Shown in pieces: positions 48,701-58,497 of a stretch of 64,000 nt of DNA. Source of the DNA: Chryseobacterium sp. (GTDB taxonomy: Bacteria > Bacteroidota > Bacteroidia > Flavobacteriales > Weeksellaceae); contig NZ_JAFAJM010000018.1 of the NCBI RefSeq assembly GCF_019236175.1, forward strand, positions 13,296 through 77,295, written 5' to 3'. Positions within the stretch are counted from its first letter, which is position 1, and each line of letters begins with the position of its first letter. Below the pieces are notes generated by a model. That model was not told the origin of the DNA. It made no database searches and saw nothing but the letters and a program-made list of their open reading frames with translations. A program made the translations under genes and the position numbers.

Positions 48701-50128
48701 GAATCGAGGCTTCGTCCGGTTTTGATGACCGCTTTTGTGGCTTCATTAGGGTTTATACCGATGGCTGTCAGTAACGGAGCAGGAGCGGAAGTACAGCGGC
48801 CTTTGGCAACTGTGGTTATTGGTGGGTTGATGGTGGCGACCTTTCTTACCTTGTTTGTGCTGCCATTACTGTATGTAAATATTGAAAAAGGATTTACAAT
48901 GAAAAAACGTAACAATAAAAATTTCACGGCAGTATTGATCCTTATTTTTAGTTTAACAGGAGCGGGAATTCAGTCCCAGACTCCAATCAGCCTGCAAAAT
49001 GCCATTAAAACGGCATTGGAAAATAATAGAAATCTTAAAAATGAAAAACTGAAATCGGAATATTCAAAAGAATTGATCAAATCGGCTAATGATATTCCAC
49101 AGACGGGGATTATGATGGATTATGGGCAGATTAATAGCGCTTATAATGATATGAAATTCGGAATTTCCCAGAATATTGCCTTTCCAACCGTATATAAAAA
49201 GCAAAAGAATGTATATACTGAAGAGTGGAAAAAATCTTTACTGAATGTTTCCTTTAAAGAATATGAGCTGAAGAAAGCGGTGAGTCTTACTTTTTATACT
49301 ATTCTGTACTGGAAAGAAAAAGAACGGCTTCTTCGTGAAACATTAAAACTGTACACTGATTTTCTGGATAAGGCGAGCATTCGTTTAAAAGCAGGTGAAA
49401 GTAATATTCTGGAAAAAACGACAGCCTCCCATCAGAAGTCAGCTATAGAAATTCAGTTACAGCAATTACAGCAGGAGCTTTCTTTTTTAAGATATCAGCT
49501 TCAGTGGCTTTTGAATACGGAAACAGATTTTTTACCTGAAGATCAGAAATTATTTCATGGAGAAACTAAAGATGAGCCGAACCTGCATCCGGCTATTGAA
49601 CTGTTACAACAACAGAAAAATATTTCTGAGCAGCAGATTGCTCTTGAAAAAGCAAAAATGCTGCCCGGCCTTCAGCTGGCTTACAATCTCAATAGTTTCA
49701 AAGGGATGGGAGCTAATGATAAGGTGTATGGATCCGTTCCGCAGTTTCATTCCGTACAACTGGGGGTTTCGGTTCCGGTTTTTTCAGGAGGTCAGAAATC
49801 AAGAATTCAGGCTGCTAAAATTGCCGAATCGATTGCTGAAAATGATTTGATGAATACAGAATTTAATTTACAGAATCAGCTGAAAAGGCTAAAGATTATC
49901 CATGAGACCAATCTTGAGATTGTTTCACGATATGAAAGCTCAGAACTGAAAAATGCGGAGATTATTACAGAAACTGCAAAAAAACAGTTCCTTGCCGGAG
50001 AAATCAACTATCTGGAGTTTGTTATATTGGTTAATCAGGCAGTTACCTTGAAAAGTAGTTATACTGATGCGGTATGGAAGCTGAATCAGAGTGCTATAGA
50101 GTTGGAATATATTACTTTAAACCCTTAA
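45785..50128 (+). CDS. CusA/CzcA family heavy-metal RND permease fused to a C-terminal TolC-like domain
   Basis: LPIDAVPDITNNQVQV, GALDFGLIIDGAVIIVE, RLRPVLMTA, followed by about 400 aa of TolC-like sequence (GVSVPVF). ATG at 45785 is more plausible than the track start. Confidence 0.92.
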   Translation: MLTKIIEFSVKNKLIIALLVMGLIGMGSYQVTKLPIDAVPDITNNQVQVITIAPSFGATDIERLVTFPIEQANNNISGLKEIRSFSRFGLSLVTIVFEDDIDIYWARQQVAERLQQVQAVIPQGIGNPQLGPISTGLGEIFQYVVRPEKGYEKKYNITELRTIQDWIVRRQLLGVKGVAEVSSFGGKLKQYEIAVNPDRLNAYGITINDVFDALQANNQNTGGAYIEKGPTVLYIRSEGLVGSIEEIKNISITTKTNEVPLFIRDIAEVKPGFATRYGAMTFNDQGEVSGAVVMMLKGENSNQVIKNVKEKIAQVQKTLPKGVLIEPFLDRTKMVNNAIGTVERNLTEGALIVVFVLVLFLGNVRAGLLVASVIPLAMLFAVCMMNLFGVSGNLMSLGALDFGLIIDGAVIIVESVLHQFSHNSKFKKIFSVGESEMDTVVIDSAGKMMNSAVFGQIIILIVYLPILTLQGIEGKMFRPMAQTVAFALLGAFLLSLTYIPMMSAVLLRKRSEKSTFSDRMMKKAEKIYLHTLLKLLRMPKMVFGIVAALFITAVFILSEMGGEFIPSLEEGDFAVDTRVLPGSNLTTTIESTQKAAHILKSRFPEVEKVVTKIGSGEVPTDPMPMDASDMMVILKDKKEWTSASSFPELADKMGKQLQDVPGITASFQFPVQMRFNELMTGARQDVVIKIFGEDLDVLSQYAQKLGKIIETVDGTQNLYIEPVSGMPQVIIEYNRPLIAQYHLSVSDINRIVNTAFAGQSTGLVFEGEKRFDMVVRLDTKDRKNVTDIKNLLVPTPSGNQIPLSQLAKVEVKNGPNQIQRENAQRRIVVGFNIKGRDVQRIVEELQHKTDQNMKLATGYYMTYGGSFENLNNAKQRLMIAVPIALALIFVMLFLAFNSVKESLLIYTAIPLSIIGGVFLMALRGMPFSISAGVGFIALFGVAVLNGIVLISEFNRLRKRGITNIVRIVVYGGESRLRPVLMTAFVASLGFIPMAVSNGAGAEVQRPLATVVIGGLMVATFLTLFVLPLLYVNIEKGFTMKKRNNKNFTAVLILIFSLTGAGIQSQTPISLQNAIKTALENNRNLKNEKLKSEYSKELIKSANDIPQTGIMMDYGQINSAYNDMKFGISQNIAFPTVYKKQKNVYTEEWKKSLLNVSFKEYELKKAVSLTFYTILYWKEKERLLRETLKLYTDFLDKASIRLKAGESNILEKTTASHQKSAIEIQLQQLQQELSFLRYQLQWLLNTETDFLPEDQKLFHGETKDEPNLHPAIELLQQQKNISEQQIALEKAKMLPGLQLAYNLNSFKGMGANDKVYGSVPQFHSVQLGVSVPVFSGGQKSRIQAAKIAESIAENDLMNTEFNLQNQLKRLKIIHETNLEIVSRYESSELKNAEIITETAKKQFLAGEINYLEFVILVNQAVTLKSSYTDAVWKLNQSAIELEYITLNP

Positions 50129-50130
50129 CA

Positions 50131-51282
50131 ATGAAACTTAAACTTAAACTTATATCATATTCATTATCCATAGGATTACTCGTGTTTTACCAATGTAAAG
50201 ATCATGGAAAAACAGAACCGGTTTCCACTGCTTCAAAAGATGAAAATGTAGTGACACTTACCGATGCCCAGCTGCGGAATGCCCCGATAGAAACAATTAT
50301 GCTTTCTCTGCAAAAAATCGCTTCAGTTTTAAAGCTGAACGGAATGATTGATGTTCCGCCACAGAATCTGGTTTCAGTAAGCTTTCCTTTGGGAGGTTAT
50401 CTTAAATCCAGCAGCTTGCTTCCCGGTAAACCGGTGTCTAAAGGGCAGGTGATTGCTGTTATTGAAAACCCTCAATTTATCCAGCTCCAGCAGGATTATC
50501 TGATGGCGAAATCTAAAATGCATTTTGCCCAACTGGATTATAACCGTCAGAAAACACTGAACCAGAGTCAGGCAACCAGCGATAAAGTAATGCAGCAGGC
50601 GCAGTCTGAGATGAATAGTCAGAAAATCTTAATGAGCGCTCTGGCGCAGCAGCTGCGTCTTGTCAATATCAATCCTGAATCCCTGAATTCCGGAAATATA
50701 ACGAAAAGTGTACCTGTTTACAGTAGTATTAACGGTTTTGTGAGTAAAGTAAATGTGAATATCGGGAAATATGTGAATCCGTCTGATGTGCTTTTTGAAT
50801 TAATCAATCCGGAGGATATTCATCTTAATCTTAAAGTATATGAAAAAGATCTGGAAAGTCTTAACAAAGGGCAAAGGTTTGCAGCATATACGAATACGGC
50901 ACCAGATAAAAAATACTATGGGCATATATTGCTGATCAGTAAAGATATCAGTCCCGGAGGCTGGGCTGAGGTGCATTGTCATTTTGAAAAATATGATCAG
51001 AGTCTTGTGCCGGGAATGTATATGAATGCTGAAATAGAAACCAATACTTCTTTCTCTAATGCTGTTCCTGAAGAGAGTATTGTTAATTTTGAAGGAAAAG
51101 ACTTTGTTTTCGTGGAAGACAAAAAGCAAACCTATAGGTTAACTCCCGTAACCGTAGGAGAAACTGAAAACGGTTTTGTACAGATTCTTAATTTTAATGA
51201 TTTTAACCATAAAAAAATCGTCACTAAAAATGCCTATGTACTTCTTATGAAGCTTAAGAATACGGAAGGAGAAGAAGATTGA
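50131..51282 (+). CDS. RND membrane fusion protein (CzcB-like)
   Basis: LNGMIDVPPQNLVSVS, GKPVSKGQVIA, LVPGMYMNAEI. Confidence 0.9.
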   Translation: MKLKLKLISYSLSIGLLVFYQCKDHGKTEPVSTASKDENVVTLTDAQLRNAPIETIMLSLQKIASVLKLNGMIDVPPQNLVSVSFPLGGYLKSSSLLPGKPVSKGQVIAVIENPQFIQLQQDYLMAKSKMHFAQLDYNRQKTLNQSQATSDKVMQQAQSEMNSQKILMSALAQQLRLVNINPESLNSGNITKSVPVYSSINGFVSKVNVNIGKYVNPSDVLFELINPEDIHLNLKVYEKDLESLNKGQRFAAYTNTAPDKKYYGHILLISKDISPGGWAEVHCHFEKYDQSLVPGMYMNAEIETNTSFSNAVPEESIVNFEGKDFVFVEDKKQTYRLTPVTVGETENGFVQILNFNDFNHKKIVTKNAYVLLMKLKNTEGEED

Positions 51283-51419
51283 AAAATGTGAATAACTTCC
51301 GATAAATACAGGAAAGGATGCTTTCTAAATAGTCTGTATTCAATATCAGTTACTGAATTTAACTTTCTAATGCTAAAACGGACAATTTATTTTTTAATAG
51401 ATTGTCCGTTTTTTATATT

Positions 51420-53816
51420 TTATTTTAATATTTCAGTATCATAAAGCAGATTATCGTCTTCGTCGAAACTTATGATCTTTACTTTAAATTGTTTGGCGCT
51501 GTCATTATTGTAGAATTTAATTCTCGGAGGAACATAATCGCTGTCAAATAAATTGGGATTCCAGTAGAGGGTTTCCCTTGTATCATTTTCAACTTTCGCT
51601 GAAGAATCATCATCCAGCATTTCAATAAGAAATTCTGAAGGTTTATCATATCCTTTTACTATAGAGGAGTTGTTGTTTTGTGTTTGTTTTCCGCTGTTTT
51701 TAGACTTCATATTGCCTCTCATGGTGTAGATGGCCACGGCGTCACCCAGTAATCCTGATTCTTTAATGATTTTTACCATAGCAATATTGCTTACCGGAAG
51801 GCTTGAAATCATAGAGGGGTCGGTAGCAACTTCATCCAGGAAAAGCTTGGCCTGCTGTCCGCGAATATAGGGAACATTTACCCCGGAATTATTTCTTTGA
51901 AATGTTAAGCCTGCAACTCTTCCCTGCAGCCAGTCTAATATATTGCTTGATCCGGAAATCTGCTGATCTTCATTTACGAAGTCAAAAATCATTGAATTGA
52001 TTGCATTGAACATTCCGCTGGAAAGCTGTTTGTTCAGTTCTTCTTTCGGATCCTGCTTCTTTACTAATTTTACTTCTTCAATTTGCTGATAATTATCTTC
52101 GGTTTTTTTTATATTTTTCTGAGCAGTTACCGCCTTTGATATTTTTTCCGAAAGGGCTCTGTTTTTAGCTGCTTTTACCAATTTGTATTTTGTATTGGGG
52201 AAGTTGCCTTTAAATTGGGTGGGAGTTACCAGTGGTTCTACCGTAACGAATAAGTTCTCAGTGTTTGATTCGTTTTTATTTTCAGAATTTACAAAAACGG
52301 AAACGTCCAAAGGGTCATCATAGTTAAGATTGTTTAAATAAATATAACCGTTCTGATCCGTTTTAAACTGGTTGATAGCCGGTTCGTTTTTACCTAATTT
52401 CAATACTAAATTGACATTGGTGTTGATCAGCAGGGCGTTATTTTTAATAGGTTTTACCTTATAAGAAAGGTATTTCTGAGAATTGGTTTTTATAGAGGGG
52501 GAAACTCCGTTAAGTAGGGAATTCCAGTCAAACCTTTTCCAGTTTTCAGAAATAAGTAAAGCATCGAGAGCTTCGCTGTTGGCATCTTTGGCGAAATACT
52601 GTGCGGGTGCATCTATTTTAGTAGTGAAATCTTCTGTTAGCCAAAGGCTGCTCAGTATATTTTCTTCTTCTGGAGTATTACTGCCGTCATCCTCACTTAC
52701 AACAACGGTGTAATTTTTAAAAACCGATTCCGGGGAAAGATCAATACTGTTGAAAGCTCTTGGGGTCGGCTTTAAATTCTGGCCTATAATTTCTGCTTTC
52801 TCAATTTTTAAATTATTGGGTTTGATAAAGCAAAGTCTTTGGGCGACCAGATTATCCTGTTCATCAAATATTGCTAATTGAAAAATACCGTTGGCTCCGT
52901 TGCTTACTTTCGTAGGGATAAGACTTGAAGCTTCATTTATTAACTGATTGATATTGGCTTTATAAGCAAGATGGTTATTGATGGTTCCTACAATTTTATA
53001 ATTTTGGAGCTGTTGTTTTAAGTTGACTCCTTTTATATTGTATTTAATCCCGTCCTTAGAGCTGTGAACTTCTAAGTTGATACCGCTGCCGGCAACTTGC
53101 GGCAGATCTATTGTCTGGCTTTTTCCCGTGTTATCCAGAATGATGGCCTGGTATTTTTTTCCTAAAGCCGGTGTTATTTTAAATGAGGCAACGTTTTTAT
53201 CAAAAGATTTAAATGTTGTCACAGGGGTATTGGGATTCTGGGTGTCTATTACTTTTCCGGTCCAGTTATCGGGTAAAGAGCCGTCACCGGATAATCTTAC
53301 TGCAAATTTGGTAGAGGCACCGTTAATAAAAGTTCCTCCTTCCGGAAAAACTTTGGCAGACCAGTTGGAATTTTTAGAAATTTCCAGTGTTTCAGCAGCA
53401 TTCGGATTATAAATCGGAAGTGTTTTAACAATCTGAAAATCTTCATTAAAATTGGTCATATAAGGAGTGTAGGCTCTCACGAAATAAACTTGTTCGGGAA
53501 GATCTTCTTTAAGTTTAAAATCTCCGCTGCCTTCACCATTAGTCAGAAGTATTGTTTTCCAGTCTATTAATTTTTTATCGGAATTGTATAATTCAACAAA
53601 TAGAGTGGTGGATAGTGCAGACCGATTATAGCCATCAAATACAAAGCTTTTAAACCAAATCTGGTCACCTGCTACATATTGTGATTTATCGGTCAGCAGA
53701 TATACTTTCTCCTGTTCGTAGTTATTCTCAAGATTTGTAATTGCTTTTTCCAGTTTCGTTTGTGATAATACAGGTTGTACACTTGATATAAGCAATAAAA
53801 AGAATATGTTTTTCAT
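51420..53816 (-). CDS. Large secreted hypothetical protein (MG2-like N-terminus, TonB plug-like C-terminus)
   Basis: Signal peptide, QEKVYLLTDKSQYVAGDQIWFK, YFVRAYTPYM, ILDWLQGRVAGL, RETLYWNP. Confidence 0.7.
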   Translation of the reverse strand: MKNIFFLLLISSVQPVLSQTKLEKAITNLENNYEQEKVYLLTDKSQYVAGDQIWFKSFVFDGYNRSALSTTLFVELYNSDKKLIDWKTILLTNGEGSGDFKLKEDLPEQVYFVRAYTPYMTNFNEDFQIVKTLPIYNPNAAETLEISKNSNWSAKVFPEGGTFINGASTKFAVRLSGDGSLPDNWTGKVIDTQNPNTPVTTFKSFDKNVASFKITPALGKKYQAIILDNTGKSQTIDLPQVAGSGINLEVHSSKDGIKYNIKGVNLKQQLQNYKIVGTINNHLAYKANINQLINEASSLIPTKVSNGANGIFQLAIFDEQDNLVAQRLCFIKPNNLKIEKAEIIGQNLKPTPRAFNSIDLSPESVFKNYTVVVSEDDGSNTPEEENILSSLWLTEDFTTKIDAPAQYFAKDANSEALDALLISENWKRFDWNSLLNGVSPSIKTNSQKYLSYKVKPIKNNALLINTNVNLVLKLGKNEPAINQFKTDQNGYIYLNNLNYDDPLDVSVFVNSENKNESNTENLFVTVEPLVTPTQFKGNFPNTKYKLVKAAKNRALSEKISKAVTAQKNIKKTEDNYQQIEEVKLVKKQDPKEELNKQLSSGMFNAINSMIFDFVNEDQQISGSSNILDWLQGRVAGLTFQRNNSGVNVPYIRGQQAKLFLDEVATDPSMISSLPVSNIAMVKIIKESGLLGDAVAIYTMRGNMKSKNSGKQTQNNNSSIVKGYDKPSEFLIEMLDDDSSAKVENDTRETLYWNPNLFDSDYVPPRIKFYNNDSAKQFKVKIISFDEDDNLLYDTEILK

Positions 53817-54538
53817 AGAGATCTCAACGCATTTTAAACTGGCCCTAAATTACTCATTTAAAGACTTCAAAAATTAATATTTATCTTCTAATTTAAGAAA
53901 TAAGAGATTTTAATTCTTAAACAGTCATTTTTGTTTGGTAATATTTGTTCTTCTCCAGACAAAAGACCCGTATTTTATGATGCTGACGGAGTATTTTTTT
54001 GTTGTGTAAAATGCAGCTTCAGACATTCAGATTTACCTATCCGGAAAACGGATCATTTAAATTGTTAAGATAGAAAAAGTTTGATTATAATTTATATTTT
54101 ATTCTATAGGCATTGTCAGACGGAATATATGACAGAATGGTAACTTTATTTCAAAATATGGAATAACGTAAAGTATTTCTTTTAGATGATTCTTTACTGA
54201 ATCTTATCCCTCGCAGGGAACAAAATTGCTGACAGGAACACTGATATCGCATTTCTGCCCTCATGCTTTAAAAGGGAAGAAAAGAAAATCATTCATCAAT
54301 GCTATGAATGAATCTTTTATATTTCGCACATTTTATTCAGAAACAAAAACAGGAAATAATGTAACGCATAGCTAATTTTATTATGTTAAGTTTGAATGAT
54401 GTATTTATTTTAATATTTATTTATTGTTGTTTATAATTTATTGATAATTAATTTATATTATGAAGTTTATAAATTAAATAAAGATAATTTATTATTGCTA
54501 ATCCGCGTCTGATAAGAACCCAATCAAATTACTTACAT

Positions 54539-57500
54539 ATGTTAAACACCAAACCTACACCCGAGGCAGACTTTGGTACTGCCGTCTTACTTTCTTCTGA
54601 AGATAGAGAAAAACTCGTGAATGCATTCAACAAAACAGGATGGGATTATCATGAGAGAGAGACCCTTGTTTCTCTTTTTCAAAAACAAGCCGAACTTTAC
54701 CCTGAAAATAAAGCTGTCATCTATCAGGGAAAAGAAGTAACCTATGAAGAACTGGATGAAAAGTCTGATCAGCTGGCTCATGCATTGCTCGCCAAGGGCA
54801 TAAAAAAAGGAATGTTTGTTCCTGTATGGCTCGACCGTTCTTTGGAATGGGTGATTGCCATCCTCGGAATTCTAAAAACCGGAGCTGCTTATGTTCCCAT
54901 TGATGCAGCTTATCCTGTGAAAAGAGTGGAATATATTATTTCTGATACCGCTGCAACGGTTATGATTACTCATCATGACCTAGGTAAGCTTTTATCAAAA
55001 GAGAACAGGGCGGAAATATTTGATATTACCGACGGAATGAGGTTGGAATCTTTTTCTTCTCAGCCTCCGGCTTCTGATATCAGCCATGATGCTTTGGCTT
55101 ATACTATTTATACTTCTGGTTCCACGGGAAAACCCAAAGGAGTTATGATTACTCATCAGTCTATCCAACATCTGGTTTGCTGGCATAATCATCACTTTCA
55201 TGTAGATCATACCTCTCGGTTAAGTCTGGTAGCAGGACTTGCATTTGATATTTCTGTATGGGAAACCTGGTCTGCTCTGACATCAGGAGCAACTTTGTTT
55301 ATTGCAGAAAATGAAGAAAGAACCGAGCCTTCCGCTTTGGTAGACTATTATCGTAAAAACCGTATTACCCATGGTTTTGTACCCAGTGTTCTGGCTCCGG
55401 CAGTCGTAGAACTGACTAAAAATTCGGACAATATAAGCCTGAAATATCTTTTTGCAGGTGGCGAAAAGCTTAAACCGGTATTTACAACGGAATTAAGTTA
55501 TGAGCTGATCGATTATTACGGACCCACTGAATGTACGGTATTTGCTACCTTCGGAAAAGTTAAAGAAATAAACGGTAAATATATATCCTCAATAGGAAAA
55601 CCTATTGCCAATGCCAAAGCTTATATTTTGGATGAAAACAGAGAAATACTGCCATTAGGCTCCACGGGTGAATTATATATAGGAGGAAATATTCTCGCTA
55701 AAGGATATCTTAATAATGAGGGGCTTACCGCAGAAAAATTTATTGCCAGCCCGTTTCATAACAGTGAAAAAATATACAGAACGGGAGATCTTGCCAGATG
55801 GCGGCCGGATGGAAGCATTGAATTTTTAGGAAGAATTGATAATCAGGTGAAAATTCGGGGATTCCGGATAGAGCTCGGGGAAATTGAACAGGCGCTTATT
55901 ACGCAGGAACATATTGTAGAAGCTGCTGTACTGACAAAAGATACCACAGGAAATAATAAATACCTTATAGCTTATCTTGTAGTGGAGCCGGGAACTGTAA
56001 AAGATATTTCTGGTATAAGAAACCGGCTGAAAGAAGAATTGCCAGGCTATATGATTCCTGCACAAATTATTTTTATAGATAAAATACCGTTAACGGCAAA
56101 TGGTAAAACAGATACCGGTGCGCTGAAGGAACTGGCGGAACAGGAAACTGAAAAACCGGCTTCATTTGAACCTCCTGCCAATGAAATGGAAAAAATTATA
56201 GCAGATATCTGGTCCTCAGTATTGGAACAACCCATTATTAATAATACAGATAACTTTTTTGATATTGGCGGAAACTCCCTTTTGGTTGCTGTCATCGCTG
56301 TGGCATTACAAAAAAGACTTGATGGTAAGGTATATCTGCGGGATATTTATCAGTATCCGGTATTACAGGATCTTTCAAAAGTTTTAACAGCACGTTTCAA
56401 AGAGGCAGCAGAAACAACCCCTGTAGATGTAGAAGATGTGGAACCTTATGTAGCTTTAAAAAATGATGTTTATCTGGCGCCGGGAACTGTTTTTACAGGT
56501 GGCTTTGATCCTGAACAACTGGAAAACCCATCCGCTATATTTTTAACCGGCGTTACGGGGTTTGTAGGTATACATCTGCTGCAGGAATTGCTGGATACTA
56601 CTGATGCTGCTATTTATGTTCTGGTAAGAGCTCAGGATGAATTTCATGCTATGGAAAAAATAGATCATTGTTTTCAACAATACCATATAGCTGCAAAAAA
56701 AGAGCAGAGATCAAGGATTATTCCGGTAATAGGAGATCTGGCCCTTCCTATGCTTGGACTTTCTAATGATACATTCAGCAGGCTTGCAAAAAATACGGAT
56801 CTTATTTATCATTCAGGAAGTTCGGTGAATTTCATTGAACCTTATTCATACATGAAAGCACCGAACGTTGAAGGACTGAGAGAAATTATAAAATTTGCAG
56901 GCGCCCAAAAAACAAAATGTCTGGTATTGCTTTCAACAATATCCGTTTACAGTTGGGGGCATGTATTTACAGGAAAAAAAGTGATGACGGAATCTGATGA
57001 TATTGAACAAAATCTGATGTCGGTAAGCAAAGATATAGGCTATGTAAGAAGTAAATGGGTGATGGAGGCTATTGCCGATCTTGCAGCTAAAGAAGGGCTG
57101 CCTCTTATCACTCATCGTCTCGGATATGCAATGTGTCATAGTGAGACCGGAGCTAGTGCTCCTTATCAATGGTGGGCCGGCTTAGTGAAAAACTGCCTGG
57201 AATTCCAGTCATATCCTGCCCTGACTGAGCTTCGGGAAGGACTGATTACTGTGGATTATATGGTCAGAGCAATGGTGCATATAAGTAAAAATAAAAATGC
57301 GATAGGGAAGAAGTTCAATCTCATTGCCAGTCCGGAAAACAATCTGACACTGGAAGACTTCTTTGGTCTTTTAAAACAATACTATCCTTTCATATTAAAC
57401 AGCCTGCCGTATAAAGAATGGAGAAAACAGTGGGAAAACGACAATAAAAACAGGCTATATCCGTTAACCAGCCTTTTTAAAGATAATATGCATGAAGGGC

Positions 57501-57661
57501 TTTCCACAGTAGAACTGTATCAGAATACCTATATGTGGGATTGTTCAAATGTTGTGGAGTTTCTTAAAGGTTCGGGAATTAAAGAACCGGTATTTGATAA
57601 AAATATTTTGGATCCTTATTTAAGTTATCTTGGAATTTTGAACCCGTCATCAAAAATCTAA
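54539..57661 (+). CDS. Stand-alone NRPS-like enzyme: adenylation - carrier - thioester reductase (A-PCP-R)
   Basis: YTSGSTGKPKG (A3), FDISVWE, YGPTE, YRTGDL, NGK (A10), FFDIGGNSL (phosphopantetheine Ser), TGVTGFVG and YVRSK (SDR reductase). Confidence 0.93.
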   Translation: MLNTKPTPEADFGTAVLLSSEDREKLVNAFNKTGWDYHERETLVSLFQKQAELYPENKAVIYQGKEVTYEELDEKSDQLAHALLAKGIKKGMFVPVWLDRSLEWVIAILGILKTGAAYVPIDAAYPVKRVEYIISDTAATVMITHHDLGKLLSKENRAEIFDITDGMRLESFSSQPPASDISHDALAYTIYTSGSTGKPKGVMITHQSIQHLVCWHNHHFHVDHTSRLSLVAGLAFDISVWETWSALTSGATLFIAENEERTEPSALVDYYRKNRITHGFVPSVLAPAVVELTKNSDNISLKYLFAGGEKLKPVFTTELSYELIDYYGPTECTVFATFGKVKEINGKYISSIGKPIANAKAYILDENREILPLGSTGELYIGGNILAKGYLNNEGLTAEKFIASPFHNSEKIYRTGDLARWRPDGSIEFLGRIDNQVKIRGFRIELGEIEQALITQEHIVEAAVLTKDTTGNNKYLIAYLVVEPGTVKDISGIRNRLKEELPGYMIPAQIIFIDKIPLTANGKTDTGALKELAEQETEKPASFEPPANEMEKIIADIWSSVLEQPIINNTDNFFDIGGNSLLVAVIAVALQKRLDGKVYLRDIYQYPVLQDLSKVLTARFKEAAETTPVDVEDVEPYVALKNDVYLAPGTVFTGGFDPEQLENPSAIFLTGVTGFVGIHLLQELLDTTDAAIYVLVRAQDEFHAMEKIDHCFQQYHIAAKKEQRSRIIPVIGDLALPMLGLSNDTFSRLAKNTDLIYHSGSSVNFIEPYSYMKAPNVEGLREIIKFAGAQKTKCLVLLSTISVYSWGHVFTGKKVMTESDDIEQNLMSVSKDIGYVRSKWVMEAIADLAAKEGLPLITHRLGYAMCHSETGASAPYQWWAGLVKNCLEFQSYPALTELREGLITVDYMVRAMVHISKNKNAIGKKFNLIASPENNLTLEDFFGLLKQYYPFILNSLPYKEWRKQWENDNKNRLYPLTSLFKDNMHEGLSTVELYQNTYMWDCSNVVEFLKGSGIKEPVFDKNILDPYLSYLGILNPSSKI

Positions 57662-57674
57662 AACAACAAAAAGG

Positions 57675-57700
57675 CCGGCTTTACAAAAAGCCGGTTTTTT
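57675..57700 (+). terminator. Terminator after NRPS-like gene
   Basis: CCGGCTTT-ACAA-AAAGCCGG followed by T-run. Confidence 0.65.
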
Positions 57701-57955
57701 ATGAGGCATCTTCTGTTGGAGTGGTTGTTTTCAATTCATCCAAACCGGAATTGGCTAATAATAAAAAGCCTTTCGGTTACCGAAAGGCTTTAAGTGTCAA
57801 ACAAAATGTAAGTTATATGATATTATTTGAAGTGGTGTTACGTTGATTAATTCAAGTGACATGCCAAATACATCACAAAATTTAGAAATATCACTTTTTG
57901 TGGTATCTTTTCTATAGGTCCTCGATAGGAGGTTCCTGAAGCCGGAAGTTTTTTT

Positions 57956-58441
57956 TTAGGGAGAATACTTCATCATGATACTGCCGGAGCTGTCCTCTTT
58001 TTTATTGATGTTCTTTTCTTCTTTAAATCCTATTTTCTTATATAGGTGGTAGGCTTTTAGGGCACGGGATTTTACTTCAAGGAAAATCTCTATACCTTCG
58101 TATTGCCTTTCAGTTTCACGAATAAGTGTCGTGATCAGCCCATATCCGATACTGTTTCCCTGATATCCGGTTTTAACATACATCTGGTAGAGGCTTCCGG
58201 TATTGTTGTTCTCCTTAATAAAAGTACAGATACCAATGAGCTCCTGATCTGAGAATGCCCCAAAAACGAATCTTCCGAAAGTTTGCGCTTCTATATCTGT
58301 TTCCAGTCTGAGTTTTTCTGTTTTCATGGCTTCCTGATACGTTGTTTCAAATGCTTCGGGAAACATTTTCAGACTTTCCAGCCGGATCTTCCGGTATAAT
58401 ACACTTTCCTGAGGTAATAATTTCCGGTATTCAATATCCAT
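57956..58441 (-). CDS. GNAT family acetyltransferase
   Basis: MYVKTGYQGNSIG acetyl-CoA motif, AYHLYKKIGF. Confidence 0.88.
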   Translation of the reverse strand: MDIEYRKLLPQESVLYRKIRLESLKMFPEAFETTYQEAMKTEKLRLETDIEAQTFGRFVFGAFSDQELIGICTFIKENNNTGSLYQMYVKTGYQGNSIGYGLITTLIRETERQYEGIEIFLEVKSRALKAYHLYKKIGFKEEKNINKKEDSSGSIMMKYSP

Positions 58442-58497
58442 TTTTTAGTATTTTTTATCCTGATTCTGGTTTAATATATGGGATTTAGCAACTTATA

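Noticed and set aside
45785-50128. CusA-TolC gene fusion as a novelty
   Set aside because: This fusion is a familiar architecture in Bacteroidota heavy-metal RND systems.
57826-57950. Minus-strand fragment RTYRKDTTKSDISKFCDVFGMSLE resembling an XRE helix-turn-helix tail
   Set aside because: Too short, no start codon, and the similarity is only impressionistic.
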